This document shows, in pieces, positions 10,577 to 21,400 of a DNA stretch of 64,000 bases (the first letter of the stretch is position 1; each line of letters starts with the position of its first letter). Made by a program: the position numbers and the translations under genes. The stretch is from Cyanidioschyzon merolae (taxonomy: Eukaryota). The notes below the pieces were generated by a model. That model was not told the origin of the DNA, made no database searches, and saw only the letters and a program-made list of their open reading frames with translations. The stretch is from NCBI GenBank assembly GCA_000091205.1, contig AP006501.2; one strand, given 5' to 3'.

Positions 10577-11104
10577 ATGTTTGTACACGCAACGCTTTCC
10601 TTTCCTCGTGGTTTCGTGGGACTCGTGCGTCCATCCGTACAGCGAACGCTTGGTGAGACGTTCAGACGATTTGCGAGTCCAGGGCGTGGAGAGAGACCTC
10701 GCGTGGCGCTGGGAAGAGCGCACCAGGCGCTGCAGAGGCTCGCACGTCGACCGTTATGTGCGCTGGCGGGACGGCAGACTTTCGGTTCCTTCGACGAGAT
10801 GTTGAAGGCAGCGCCAGAACCGGCGCTCGTTGACTTTTACTCGAACACTTGTGGGCCGTGTGTTATGATGGGAAGAACGCTGGATCAGGTCGCTGGTAGG
10901 CTCAAGGCTATTCCCTGTCGGGTCATGAAAGTTGACGTGGACAAGTATCCGTCGATTGCAGACCGTTTCCAGATTCAGGCTCTGCCAACGCTGATTCTAT
11001 TTCGGGACGGCAAGGAGCTGAAGCGCTTTTTAGGCTATCGGGATGGTACCACCCTGGAACAAGAAGTACGCGAAAGTCTCGCCCAGACATCGCCGGCAGC
11101 ATGA
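10577..11104 (+). CDS. Thioredoxin with an N-terminal presequence (possibly organellar, Trx2-like). The core Trx fold spans ~10775-11104
   Basis: '[31 protein letters not shown]...[13 protein letters not shown]' is a thioredoxin fold with a TCGPC active site in place of WCGPC. The upstream in-frame Arg-rich '[25 protein letters not shown]...' resembles a targeting peptide. The start is uncertain: alternatives are ATG 10799 or an unseen upstream exon. Confidence 0.55.
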   Translation: MFVHATLSFPRGFVGLVRPSVQRTLGETFRRFASPGRGERPRVALGRAHQALQRLARRPLCALAGRQTFGSFDEMLKAAPEPALVDFYSNTCGPCVMMGRTLDQVAGRLKAIPCRVMKVDVDKYPSIADRFQIQALPTLILFRDGKELKRFLGYRDGTTLEQEVRESLAQTSPAA

Positions 11105-11782
11105 GTCCGAGCCTGCACGCTGAGCTCGGATAGCATCGAGCGTGGCTGATACCAGAGCTCGGAAACGATATGCGGGCGATTCATTCTGAGATCGCGTGTG
11201 GACCCTCGTGGCGTCGCGAAGGATAGGCACACAGAACCTATTCCGAGAGTGCTCGCAAAACACTCGCACACTGCAGCGTGGCCCAAGCACTAGAGCGATT
11301 TCGTTTGGAGCCGTTTTGCGCTCCGGCAAAGTACGCGGGTAAGGACGTGGCTGAAGGCACGGCTGCAAACAGGTTCAGTTGCGTCCGCGCCCCTGTGACT
11401 TGTCGTTTCACCCCAAAGGTCTAACGCAATCTGCGGGAACGGTTGGATTACCGGAATTCGTAGTTCCACTGGACCAGACTTTGTGCGCATACCGTGTGCA
11501 AGTCGTGAGAGATTGATTGATTTTGGATATCACTGAATTTCCTCTGAAAAGAAAGTGTCCGTCGTGAGCCAGTGCCCTTCAGTTTTGAGCGTAAACCACA
11601 TGCAGGCCTGGGCCGCAAACGACCAACAGTCGACTTCATCTCTCGTTTCTATTCATTCGCAAAACAATGATCAGCGCGCAAACGCACACCGCGAGGAGAC
11701 TTCACGTTTGCAGCGCGAGCACCCGGTCCTTCGGGCTTTTTCGAGGATAGACAAATGTCGGTTTTTTCGTGTTGGTTGAAAC

Positions 11783-12949
11783 CTAGAGCTTACTGATAAT
11801 GGCTTGCGTGTACTCGGAGCACAAAGCCTTGCCTCCCAGATCACGCGTACGTACCTGACCCTCGCGCAGGACCGTGTAAATAGCATGCTCAATACGATTC
11901 GCGTGTTCCTGCAATCCCATGTCACGGAGCAGAAGAACGGCTGAAAGCAGCAAGGCGGTCGGATTCGCAAGGTCCTTTCCCGCAATGTCCGGCGCTGTTC
12001 CGTGCACGGCCTCTGCCAAAACGGTGTGCTCGCCCTTGTTCAGGGATGCCGTCAGCCCAAGGCCACCTACGAGTCCCGCAGCCAGATCGCTGATGATGTC
12101 ACCCGCAAGATTGGTCAAGACGAGGACGTCGTAGCGTTCTGGCTGGCTGATCAAGTACCCGGAACAGAGCTCAATCAATGCTTCTTTGAACTCGATATCC
12201 GGGTATTCGGCTGCAATGCGTCGGCAGCAATCCAAGAACATGCCGTCGCTTAGCTTCAGAACCGATGCTTTGTGGATCGCCGTAACGCGACGACGTTTGT
12301 TCTGGCGAGCGAACTCGAACGCGAAACGGGCAACGCGTTCACTCGCAACACGCGTGATAACTTTCAGAGATTCCACGACGCCGGGCACCACCTCGTGCTC
12401 AAGGCCAACGTACTCGCCCTCTGTGTTCTCGCGAATAATCACAACATCAACGGCTGGGAATTTCGTTTGGATGCCCGGGATTGTGCGACAGGGGCGAACG
12501 TTCGCATAGAGGCCGAGCGCCTGACGCAGCGTCAAGTTCAGGGATTTGTGACCCTTGCCGATGGGCGTCTCCAGCGGCCCCTTGATGCCGTAGCCGAGGC
12601 GGCGGATGGAATCCAGAACATTGCTCGGAATGAGATCTTGACCTGGAACCACGTTCTTCGTGCTAATGGGATACTCTTCCCACTGAATGGGAACACCTGC
12701 AGCCGCAAGTACCTTCTTAACCGCATCGGATATCTCCGGACCAATGCCGTCCCCCGGAATAAGAGCAACCGTGCGCATCGTGTTCGCCGTCGAGAGCGTC
12801 CTCCAATGGTGTCGTCTCGCGAGCCCAGCATGTCCTTCGCTAGTCGCAGCTCTTATCGGAGAGCCCTCCAGGCCGTGCCGCCACCTGGCCACGAAGGCAC
12901 GTTGGGCGCAAGCGCGCAAGCAGGTCAACGTGCGCTGCAAAGTCCGCAT
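11783..12949 (-). CDS. Isocitrate dehydrogenase [NAD] subunit, mitochondrial (IDH3-type) with a presequence
   Basis: 'TVALIPGDGIGPEI...IRENTEGEY...NLAGDIISDLAAGLVGGLGLTASLN' are isocitrate/isopropylmalate dehydrogenase family motifs. The N-terminus 'MRTLQRTLTCLRACAQRAFVARW' is mito-presequence-like. ATG at 12949 verified. Confidence 0.85.
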   Translation of the reverse strand: MRTLQRTLTCLRACAQRAFVARWRHGLEGSPIRAATSEGHAGLARRHHWRTLSTANTMRTVALIPGDGIGPEISDAVKKVLAAAGVPIQWEEYPISTKNVVPGQDLIPSNVLDSIRRLGYGIKGPLETPIGKGHKSLNLTLRQALGLYANVRPCRTIPGIQTKFPAVDVVIIRENTEGEYVGLEHEVVPGVVESLKVITRVASERVARFAFEFARQNKRRRVTAIHKASVLKLSDGMFLDCCRRIAAEYPDIEFKEALIELCSGYLISQPERYDVLVLTNLAGDIISDLAAGLVGGLGLTASLNKGEHTVLAEAVHGTAPDIAGKDLANPTALLLSAVLLLRDMGLQEHANRIEHAIYTVLREGQVRTRDLGGKALCSEYTQAIISKL

Positions 12950-13354
12950 TTTTCAAGGTCAGTGCCGATCCAGTGATATCCTCGAAAGCGAGCTTGGTCA
13001 GATGATCTGCGCTATGGACACCGACAGGGAAAAATAGTAATGCGTTTGCAGCGCTAAACTATTGACGTAGAGCAGATCGTCTCAGAAAGAACGCCTCCTG
13101 GGCACTCGGTTTCACGTTCTATGAGGTGCAGCGCTATGCGCACGCTTAAGTTATGGTGACTTGAGCGTCCAGGTTCACACTGATCTGCCAAGAACAGTTT
13201 CACAGAACAATACGTGCAACCGCAGTTCTTTGGGGTAAAGAAAGCGTTGCCCCTCAAAAGCACCTATACGTACCGTCTCGGAACGGTGGACGCTATCCCG
13301 CCTGCCGATAATAACCACACACTCAGGAAAACACTGGCTCGCGGAGAAGATCCG

Positions 13355-13368
13355 ACACACACACACAC
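13355..13368. repeat. (AC)7 microsatellite
   Basis: 'acacacacacacac' visible. Confidence 0.9.
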
Positions 13369-16236
13369 ACCCGCTGCCCAAAGAAAAGCGCGTATCGTCT
13401 GTTGAACAAGTCGCGCACGTACAACCCGCGTGCACGCATTCGATACGCGAAGCGCTGCATGGATCTTCGCCCTGCCAGTCGGGGGTGTATGTTGGATAAT
13501 CTTCGAGCTTGATCAGGGATACCTGTGCTAGGCTCTGGTGCTTTTTTCCAGCGTATGCGGCTGGCGATACACTGCATGCGTTTACGAGTCGAGCCTCCAC
13601 AGCGCCGGCGCATGCGCGTCCACGGAGGTGCATGCGTGTCGGGGTTGCATGTGCGTTACACGTACACCCTTGCGCGACGACGTCCATGGGCGTCTACGGT
13701 AGGCGTGCATTCAGGGAGCTTGCGTATTTATCTGCATATCAAAGTTAAACTGGAACAGGTGGACTTGCGAACTCGAGGGTACACGCTGACGTTTGCATCA
13801 CGTCGTACTGTCCTTCAAAACAGAGTGTGCGGGATTTCGTTGGGACTGCTCCTGTTTCCTGTCGCTTACATCCAGCTGTGAACAGGCCGGATTTTTTTTC
13901 TAGAAGCGATCGATGCGATATCCAAAGTCCATGGCCGTGGCCATTTCGCATCTCAACCGCAGCAATGGGAGCCAATCGGGAGGAATCCGCTTTAGAGGTA
14001 TGGTGCAGGTGCGGAACTCCTTTTCGCTGATGACCGAAAAAGCGAGGAGGAATTGTCTTCGGGACGGCATCCATTATTTGACATGACAAGTTCAGTGAAG
14101 TTTCGGCATGATCTTGTGGAGAAACCGGCCAGGGGTGACGTCGAGTTTTTCGTTTTCATTTTCAATCCAGTTGCGCTGGCTGCTGCGTCCGCGAGTTGCC
14201 TCGCAACAGCAGGATCGGAAACTTGTACAGTGCGGCATTCGAATATGTGACACGTAAAGCAGCGGAGAAGCGTAGAGCATTGCACCTATGCATTGAATAA
14301 AGACATCAATGAAATTACGAGACTTTGTCGGAAGGTGTCGCAAATGACCCTGATTCCGGTGACGTAACGGATTCCAGCGGTATGGCGAGGAAGCGGCTAC
14401 CCCGGAGAAAAAAACGACCGAGAATCCCAAGACTTTGCGTACATCCATAAGCCGTTATTGTTGCGCTTCAAATGACGAGACCGAACGTCTGAGAAAAATT
14501 CGAAAAATCGAAATACAGAAACAGAGCGAGCAGTTCAGTGTTCCATTTCCATCCGCCGCAAGTGGAGATGAACAAATGCGCTCATTTGCGGGTGATCACG
14601 GTGCGAGACATCCAGCCGGTTTGGTGTAGGTTTCGCGAAACCCGCACGAACGAAAGCAAGCTACTGTGATTAGCTGGAGCGTTCGAATTCCTCACTGAGT
14701 AGCGATTTGCCGTGTTTCTCGACAGCATTTCATTCCACGATGGCCGTCGAATCGAGCACGTCCGATAAGACCTTCTCCGCTGCTCGATTCTCAGTGCACC
14801 ATTCTTCCAAGAATAGAACCCTTCTCTTTCCGGAATCCGTCTCCACGCAGGTCACTAGTTTCTGTCAGCGCGGCGTGCCCACTGCTGTGACACGGGGAAC
14901 AACGCTCCATGCTGCGGCTCCATGTTTTTGACATTCCCCGTACCGATTCTTTCGACCATGCCGAGCACGCAGATTTTCAACGATGGACTCAGCGTCGGAT
15001 TCGAGAACTATAAGGAATATCCAGTATGGCGCAGTAAAGTAATGAGCTTTCGATGAAATGGTAGGTAAGCGTCCTCCTGCTTCGGGGACAAGGTCTAGAA
15101 TTCATCTTTGGTGCTGCAGCTTCCGCAAAAAGCGCGCATGCCATGATTGTCCAGGGACTGTAGACCTGCCAATTCTTACGGTCTTACAAGTCAATTTTGT
15201 TTCCGTACTGCCAGATATCATCGAATGCTTTTTCGCAGTGTATAGCAGGAAATCGAATTCGCGATTCAACGCACCGTATACATCGGAGAAGAATTGCCTC
15301 CAGGATATATATTCTTTACTGAACAGAGCGAGCAGGACTACGCCCCTTCTTCAGGTCAGTCATACTATAGTTCTCTCATGATTGAAGAGCACTGAAAGAT
15401 ACAAATAGATGCACTTTGCCCCAAAAACCGATATTCTGACAGCGTGCCTGCTGTCAGTATGCAATATACGACACCGTGATCACTTTCTGGGGAACGCAAA
15501 AGCGAAGATCGTGGTCACCACGGGCGTCTGCACAGTTCAATAGCTTGTTCGTGTAGTCCTGGAAACACTGAAATACAGTTGCAAAAGAGTCCAGGTTCAC
15601 GCATGGCCATCTTCCACCGAAATTGCAGCAACTAGCGCGTTCCCCGGAACTCACTGCCGAATCTCGTGCTACCGCAGACATTCCATCGAGAAGCGGTCTG
15701 GACTGAGGCTTCAGTGTGGACCCTGTTCGGGAGACGACGGCACGCCTGGGCTGGCGGCGTCTGTTGCTTTGCACGACAGGCGAAGAGGTATCGTTCTATT
15801 CGGGAGACGGTCTCATCAGGCGGGGGGCGGACCACGCCAAAACACACGCTGGATAGCGGCAACTGAGGCGTGCTCGGCTCGCAACCAGCGTACGCCCACA
15901 GCACGTTGTCGCGTACGTTGAGCGCTGGACACTCGTCGGCGCGAGACTTGACCTTTGGACGCTCGTGTGTGGACCGCTACCCACCGACTAGACAGTTCGT
16001 CTGGTCGTGGGTCGGAAAGCAACGTGCGTACTGCGTACCGACGCGGCTACGTGCAGACAGTTGCAAGCGTTCTCGTAAGCGCTTGCGGGGTCAGAGGCAG
16101 CCGTTTCATCCCCGGCTTTTTAGTCACAAAAAAACTTTACGTTTTGAAGAGGAGGAGGGGTAGGATCCAAGAACGTGTCTGGTACAACTAAAGCCGTCCT
16201 GTTACCAGCGAATCCAAATTGATCACGTACAGCTTG

Positions 16237-17628
16237 ATGGAAGCGAGGAAGCGAGCACGCTTTCTCGAGCGCGTGGCCAAATATGGCTTTCCGTGTGTGC
16301 TGTGCCCTCATCGTGGCGGTGCGCTGAAACCGCTCACAGCATCATCGACTACCGAGCATGAAAACGAGCCCGAACACGTGACTGGTGCGTCGAAGCCGTG
16401 CTTGCCGGTCTCTACTCCAGAGACAGAGAAGCACGACCCCGACGCAGTGCAGCGCCGTTCGCAAGCATCGAGATGGGAGCACCAGGATCCGCGCTTTGCC
16501 CACGTTGCATGCCTGTACTGGCTCCTAGCGAAGCCAAAGGCAGATGAAACTGTCGCAACCAGCGTACAGCGATTGCTCGAAGAGTTAGCAGCCAGCGAGG
16601 ATCCGTGTCTAACACAACGCATTCGAGCGAATGCGGCAGTACGCTGCATTGTCTGCAAGCAGCGGGGCGTAGGTCTCTGTATGCGCTGTAATGCCCCGTC
16701 TTGTGATGTTGGATACCATATTACGTGCGCACAGCGCGCCCAGTTATTCATGGATGTGCATACGCACCAAAGCCTGTGCCCCAAGCACACGCAACTACGG
16801 GTCATTGCCGAAACAGGAAACGCGCTTTTGTTGTCAACGAAGACATCAGGAGGCATTGCCCCGGAAGGGATACCGCCCCGACAACGACGAGGTCGATCGT
16901 CGCGGACCGAGTTACAGCACCGCCACCTGAGCGTACATGATGCCCCAGACAGAACGCGGATGACAGTGCGCGTGCCGCAAAGTATCGAGCTGGGCTTTCT
17001 GCCGACTCGCGTTGACGCTGTGCCGCTTTCCGAAGCTGCAGAATGCTACGCAAACCTTCGCCAATGCCGGCAAAGTCTGGAACACCTACGCACGCTTGCG
17101 GACTTGGTTTGGCGGCGAGAGTCCATGAAACTGGGCCATACCGAGGTTTTCTTCAAGCTTCTGAGGCGATCCATTGCAGCGTTTCTTGCTACCGAGCGCA
17201 TACTAGGTCACGACGCCTCGGCTGCTGCAGAGCTGGTGTCTGCAGCGCGGCTCGCGGAAGCATCGAATACTGATAGTCATGGCAACTCCGCAACTACCGA
17301 GGATGTTGTCGTCAGAAGGCCACGTCGCCGCGGTCGCCGAGCGCGTCAACCTATGCCCTCCAGCGTACGAGAACGAAACGAGTCACCAGCAGTGCAGACT
17401 TGCCTGGACGCATCCTCGCCGACGTTTCCGCGTGCCGAGGCTGCGGTGCCAACAAGCGATAGTCCGATGGACGAGTCGGAGGCTGCTGGCTGTTCTGAAG
17501 AAGCACGGCCAGCAGCAGGCGTCGGCATGCCACCGTCGCTTCGCTTTTCGGGTTTCGTTGAGAACGCGCTTCGTGTTGCCGGGGCGGCCTTTCGGTTTAG
17601 CAGAGGAAACGGTAAACAAGACACGTAA
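16237..17628 (+). CDS. Extended-PHD (ePHD/PZP) zinc-finger protein. It may be the 3' exon of a multi-exon gene whose upstream exons were not resolved
   Basis: 'CVLCPHRGGALKP...RFAHVACLYWLLAKP...CIVCKQRGVGLCMRCNAPSCDVGYHITCAQ' is an ePHD (C2HC + PHD-like). The ORF opens at TTG 16219 and the first ATG is 16237. No PHD lies upstream in frame. Confidence 0.5.
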   Translation: MEARKRARFLERVAKYGFPCVLCPHRGGALKPLTASSTTEHENEPEHVTGASKPCLPVSTPETEKHDPDAVQRRSQASRWEHQDPRFAHVACLYWLLAKPKADETVATSVQRLLEELAASEDPCLTQRIRANAAVRCIVCKQRGVGLCMRCNAPSCDVGYHITCAQRAQLFMDVHTHQSLCPKHTQLRVIAETGNALLLSTKTSGGIAPEGIPPRQRRGRSSRTELQHRHLSVHDAPDRTRMTVRVPQSIELGFLPTRVDAVPLSEAAECYANLRQCRQSLEHLRTLADLVWRRESMKLGHTEVFFKLLRRSIAAFLATERILGHDASAAAELVSAARLAEASNTDSHGNSATTEDVVVRRPRRRGRRARQPMPSSVRERNESPAVQTCLDASSPTFPRAEAAVPTSDSPMDESEAAGCSEEARPAAGVGMPPSLRFSGFVENALRVAGAAFRFSRGNGKQDT

Positions 17629-17773
17629 CCCCTCAGTTGACCGAGTGACTGGAGCATGACACGACGCGAGATCATCACGCTAGATCAAGCGACTGGCCTG
17701 CTCGCGTGACCTATACCCCAGAACAGCACGGTGTTCGTGGAGTGGCCATACTCCGCGGTATGCGTATGGATTG

Positions 17774-17793
17774 GTGTGTGTGTGTGTGTGTGT
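17774..17793. repeat. (TG)10 microsatellite in the convergent intergenic region
   Basis: 'tgtgtgtgtgtgtgtgtgtg' visible. Confidence 0.9.
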
Positions 17794-18429
17794 TGGAGCG
17801 GGTTCCGGAGCCATAGGAAAGCAGCCAACGCCTTAGGTTACCTGCACTTGCACAATCTCGAAAACGCAACGCCATCCTCGAGGACTCGTCACCGCCGAAA
17901 GACAGTGCTGAGCTGTCAGTGAAAAGCCAGCGCTACTTGCGGACGCTTCGGGGTCAGGTGTCATGCGCCGCTTCCACTACTACCACTCGTCGTTCTGCTG
18001 CTGCGATGATGTCGAGTTTGGCTGGCGCTATTCAGACGCTTACGCATCCAAGCACTAGCCTCGGAGAGGAGCGCTCGCGAGCTCGACCGCCACGCGGCTT
18101 AGGTTTGCGTCTCTACACGCACGCACACTCCAAGGCGCTAACCAAATACCTTGCAATAGGGAGCACCGGTGTCAAGGCGTGCTTGCCACATAGACCGGTT
18201 TTGGTGAACGCAACGCTGCTGCCGTTGCCCCCCGACGTCGCGAAGCAGCTACGTCTGCGCAGCACAGGCGACTTGTTCAGGAATACGCAGCGGGAAGACG
18301 TGTGCACACTCGTGCGCCTCGTGTATCTCGCAAAGTGATGCATCACCCGAGCAACAGAAGCAGCAGGCGTCACAGCAGTACCTGGGGCACTTTACGCGTT
18401 ACAAGAACTCTACTGAGAGGTCTCCTGGT

Positions 18430-21400
18430 TTACGGCAGGACGGGTGCGTTAGCCTCAAGGTGGAGCAGCACCTGGCAGGCGTCACAAAACCAGTCGCCTG
18501 CGGGGATTTCGGTGACACCATAGCATTGCTGGTGGACACCAACACCGCATCGATCACAGAGGATAATATCGTTTTCCTTTCCATCGCAGTCACCGTCTCC
18601 ACAGACATCGCAACGCGCATTCATAGCAAGAAGCATTCGTGCATCGCTCGGCAAACTGACGGTAGCTTCAGTTGCACCGGATAGACTGTCCATGAGACGC
18701 CGATGCGGTGCTATCGCGCGAGCACGTTCCAGCTGATGCAAGGCGAGGTCTGCTTCGACTTCGGCAAGCGTTTGTGGTGGACACGAGTCCAGATTCGCGA
18801 GACCGCCATGGCGAATTGCCGGTGGAGCTGGTGCAGAGGCGGCAACCGCAGGAGCTTCGCGCTTCAAGCCACGCACTCGGATGCTTGTGGAGTCCATCAC
18901 GCTACCGTAACGCCGGATTCCACTGATTTGGTTCAAACGCTGGATGTGCGCTTCGAGTTCACGTTCGGAGGCGGCAAGTTGCGCGCGCTCGGCCTGATCT
19001 GTCTTGGAGCGCTCCAGTAACAAAAGCCGATACGCGTGATTCTCTGCGTTCACGCGTTGCAATGCTTCCCATTTGGCGCGCAGCAGGCATTCCAATGACG
19101 ACGACGATGATGATGATGATGATGACGACGACGACGACGACGCTGGAGACGAACCGAATGTTCCTGGGGTGGCATCGGGAGCCAGGAAAGTCGCCGCGCC
19201 AGCAGGCGATGCAGGCGGCACCAAGCGGTACCCGAGCAGCACGAGATCGTTCTGTGCTGAAGACGGTGTTTCAGGGGCACCAGAAAGGTTTTGTTTCTGC
19301 CAACGATAGGCGCCCTCAATCGCCAAGCCACTCTGGTCGAGCACCAGCCGAAAGTGAAGTGCGGATAACGTGCTATCCGCATTCGGTGGTTGCTTCCGCA
19401 TGCGCTTCCGTGGAGCTCCTGCCAGTTCCGGAGACTCGTCATCGGCGTGATCGTCTTCGCCATGGACCCAGCTGCTGCTTGTGGGGTCGTCCAGTTGCTC
19501 CCAGCGAGCGTGGCTGCTCAGCCAGTTCAAGGTATCCGTCGCACTGAGCGCGTCCTGGCTGACAGTACCTGGTGGAGCGCCTCCTTGGGGCGACGACGGT
19601 ATCGATTGCCCGGTGACTGCATCCGGTTTCTCCATACTGTGTAGCATGTTCTGTTGCGAGAGCATTTCTTCAACGCTGCTTATGACGGCGGCGAGCCTCT
19701 CAAACGCAGACAACCCACGAATACCTCTTCCAACGGCGCCACGACTTGTCTCGAAGGTGGCCGCAACGCGGTTGAAACGACAGAGCGCATCGTAGAGTTT
19801 GCGGCTCATACTTTTGCAAAGACATGCCTGGCACGAGAAACCGTTGCTGTGAATGTGCCTCATGCGCTGCTTTGCTTTCTCGAAAGTTTCCAGACCAGCC
19901 ATGGTCCGCATACGAAGCAAGCGCAAGTAGGCACGCAATTCGTTGCGCCGATGCAACTCTCGTAGTTTCTTCAGTGACGGGCTCGCTTCCCAGTATGTCG
20001 ATTCCCGCGAACTGGAGTGCTGAGCATCTTTCACGGCGCGGTGGACGACTTCTTCCGCAACATTCGTGCGCTGGGCGGAAGCAGAAATTCGGTGTAGAGC
20101 GCTTTGCGTATGTTCACGACACAGACAAACGGCTACGATGGAGCCGCGCTTCTCCAGGACATGCCTGTCCACAACCTGCACTAGTTCCGTCTTTTGCAGA
20201 AGTTTTCGTAAAGACTCGCGTTCACCGATGAGAAACAGATACCCGGCTCGTCGCCCACAACTCGCATGAAAGGCTGCGCTGCAGTGCAGCCAGTGGCAGC
20301 GAACAACGCCACCACAACCCGTTGATTTGTGACAAATGACGCAACGGAGATGCCGCCGCTGCACCGGAATCTCGTCAAGGCCGAGAATAGGTTCCATTTC
20401 GCGTATTTCGCCAATAGTTGTATCCGGAGCGCAAAGCGCACAGAAAATATGGGCCCATTCGCCATTCAGGCCCGGCTTGAGGGCGCCCGCAGCGGCACCG
20501 CAGAGCGAGCAGCGGATGCTTCTGCGAAGAATCGATGCTGCTCGGCGCGAGGGTGCGTTCATGTACGTTTGCTGACATGGCCGACATAGCCAATTGAAAT
20601 CCACGGTGTCGTTTTGGGTCACTGAATCCGCTTGAATTCCGTAACACATCTGATGCACGACCGTTCCACAACCATTGCAACGCCACAGTCGGTTCTCCGG
20701 CGAATATTCGTCCGACATGCATACGTCGCATGACCTTTCAGCGACCTCGACTGGGTGGTTGTCTCTTGCCTGCTTCAGTTCAGTACCCGCCATTTCAGTT
20801 ATGCTAACCTGCTTACTTCGTGGAAAGAGTGCATGCGCGTTGAAAAAGACCGCATGGGTGAAGGCGCTTCCAGAGCGTTCCGAACCGAGCCACGACTCAG
20901 TGGCTTCATAGCCCACACTGCCGCCACTCGCATTGCCGCCGCCACTGCAGCGAGCTGTCTCCAACCGGAATCGCATGTTTGGTGCCGGCTCGTCAGGGCG
21001 GCTATCTTGCTCCGCATGGAGCCGAAGGTTCAGGCGAGACTGCTGTGCTCGGAGTCGGCTCTGGAGGAGGCAAGTTTCACAAACGATACCCCGACGGTGA
21101 TCGTGTTTCGCACGTGTCGTCGTCCCCAAGAGCTGAAGCGTCTCTGTGGCCGACGCAGCTGGCATCTTGGGCTCATTCAAAATTCGTCTCGCATGCCCCG
21201 TGGCTTGAACAAGCTCATGAGCATCCTCCGTGAGCCATTTCCAAAGATACGGTACATCGGCGGGGCTTGCGAGCAGTGCATTCTGCATATCTGAGGAAGC
21301 CAATGGGATCTGAATGATCTGGAGGTCGGTCGCGTCCAAGGATTTGAAGCAAAGGCTCACTGGTTGCCATTTCCAGAGTTCCTCACAGCTCGAGGGCCAG

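Noticed and set aside
19073-19309. Plus-strand ORF encoding poly-Asp ('DDDDDDDDDDDDDDDD')
   Set aside because: It is the antisense reading of the (GAY)n repeat that encodes poly-Ser inside the well-supported minus-strand PHD gene.
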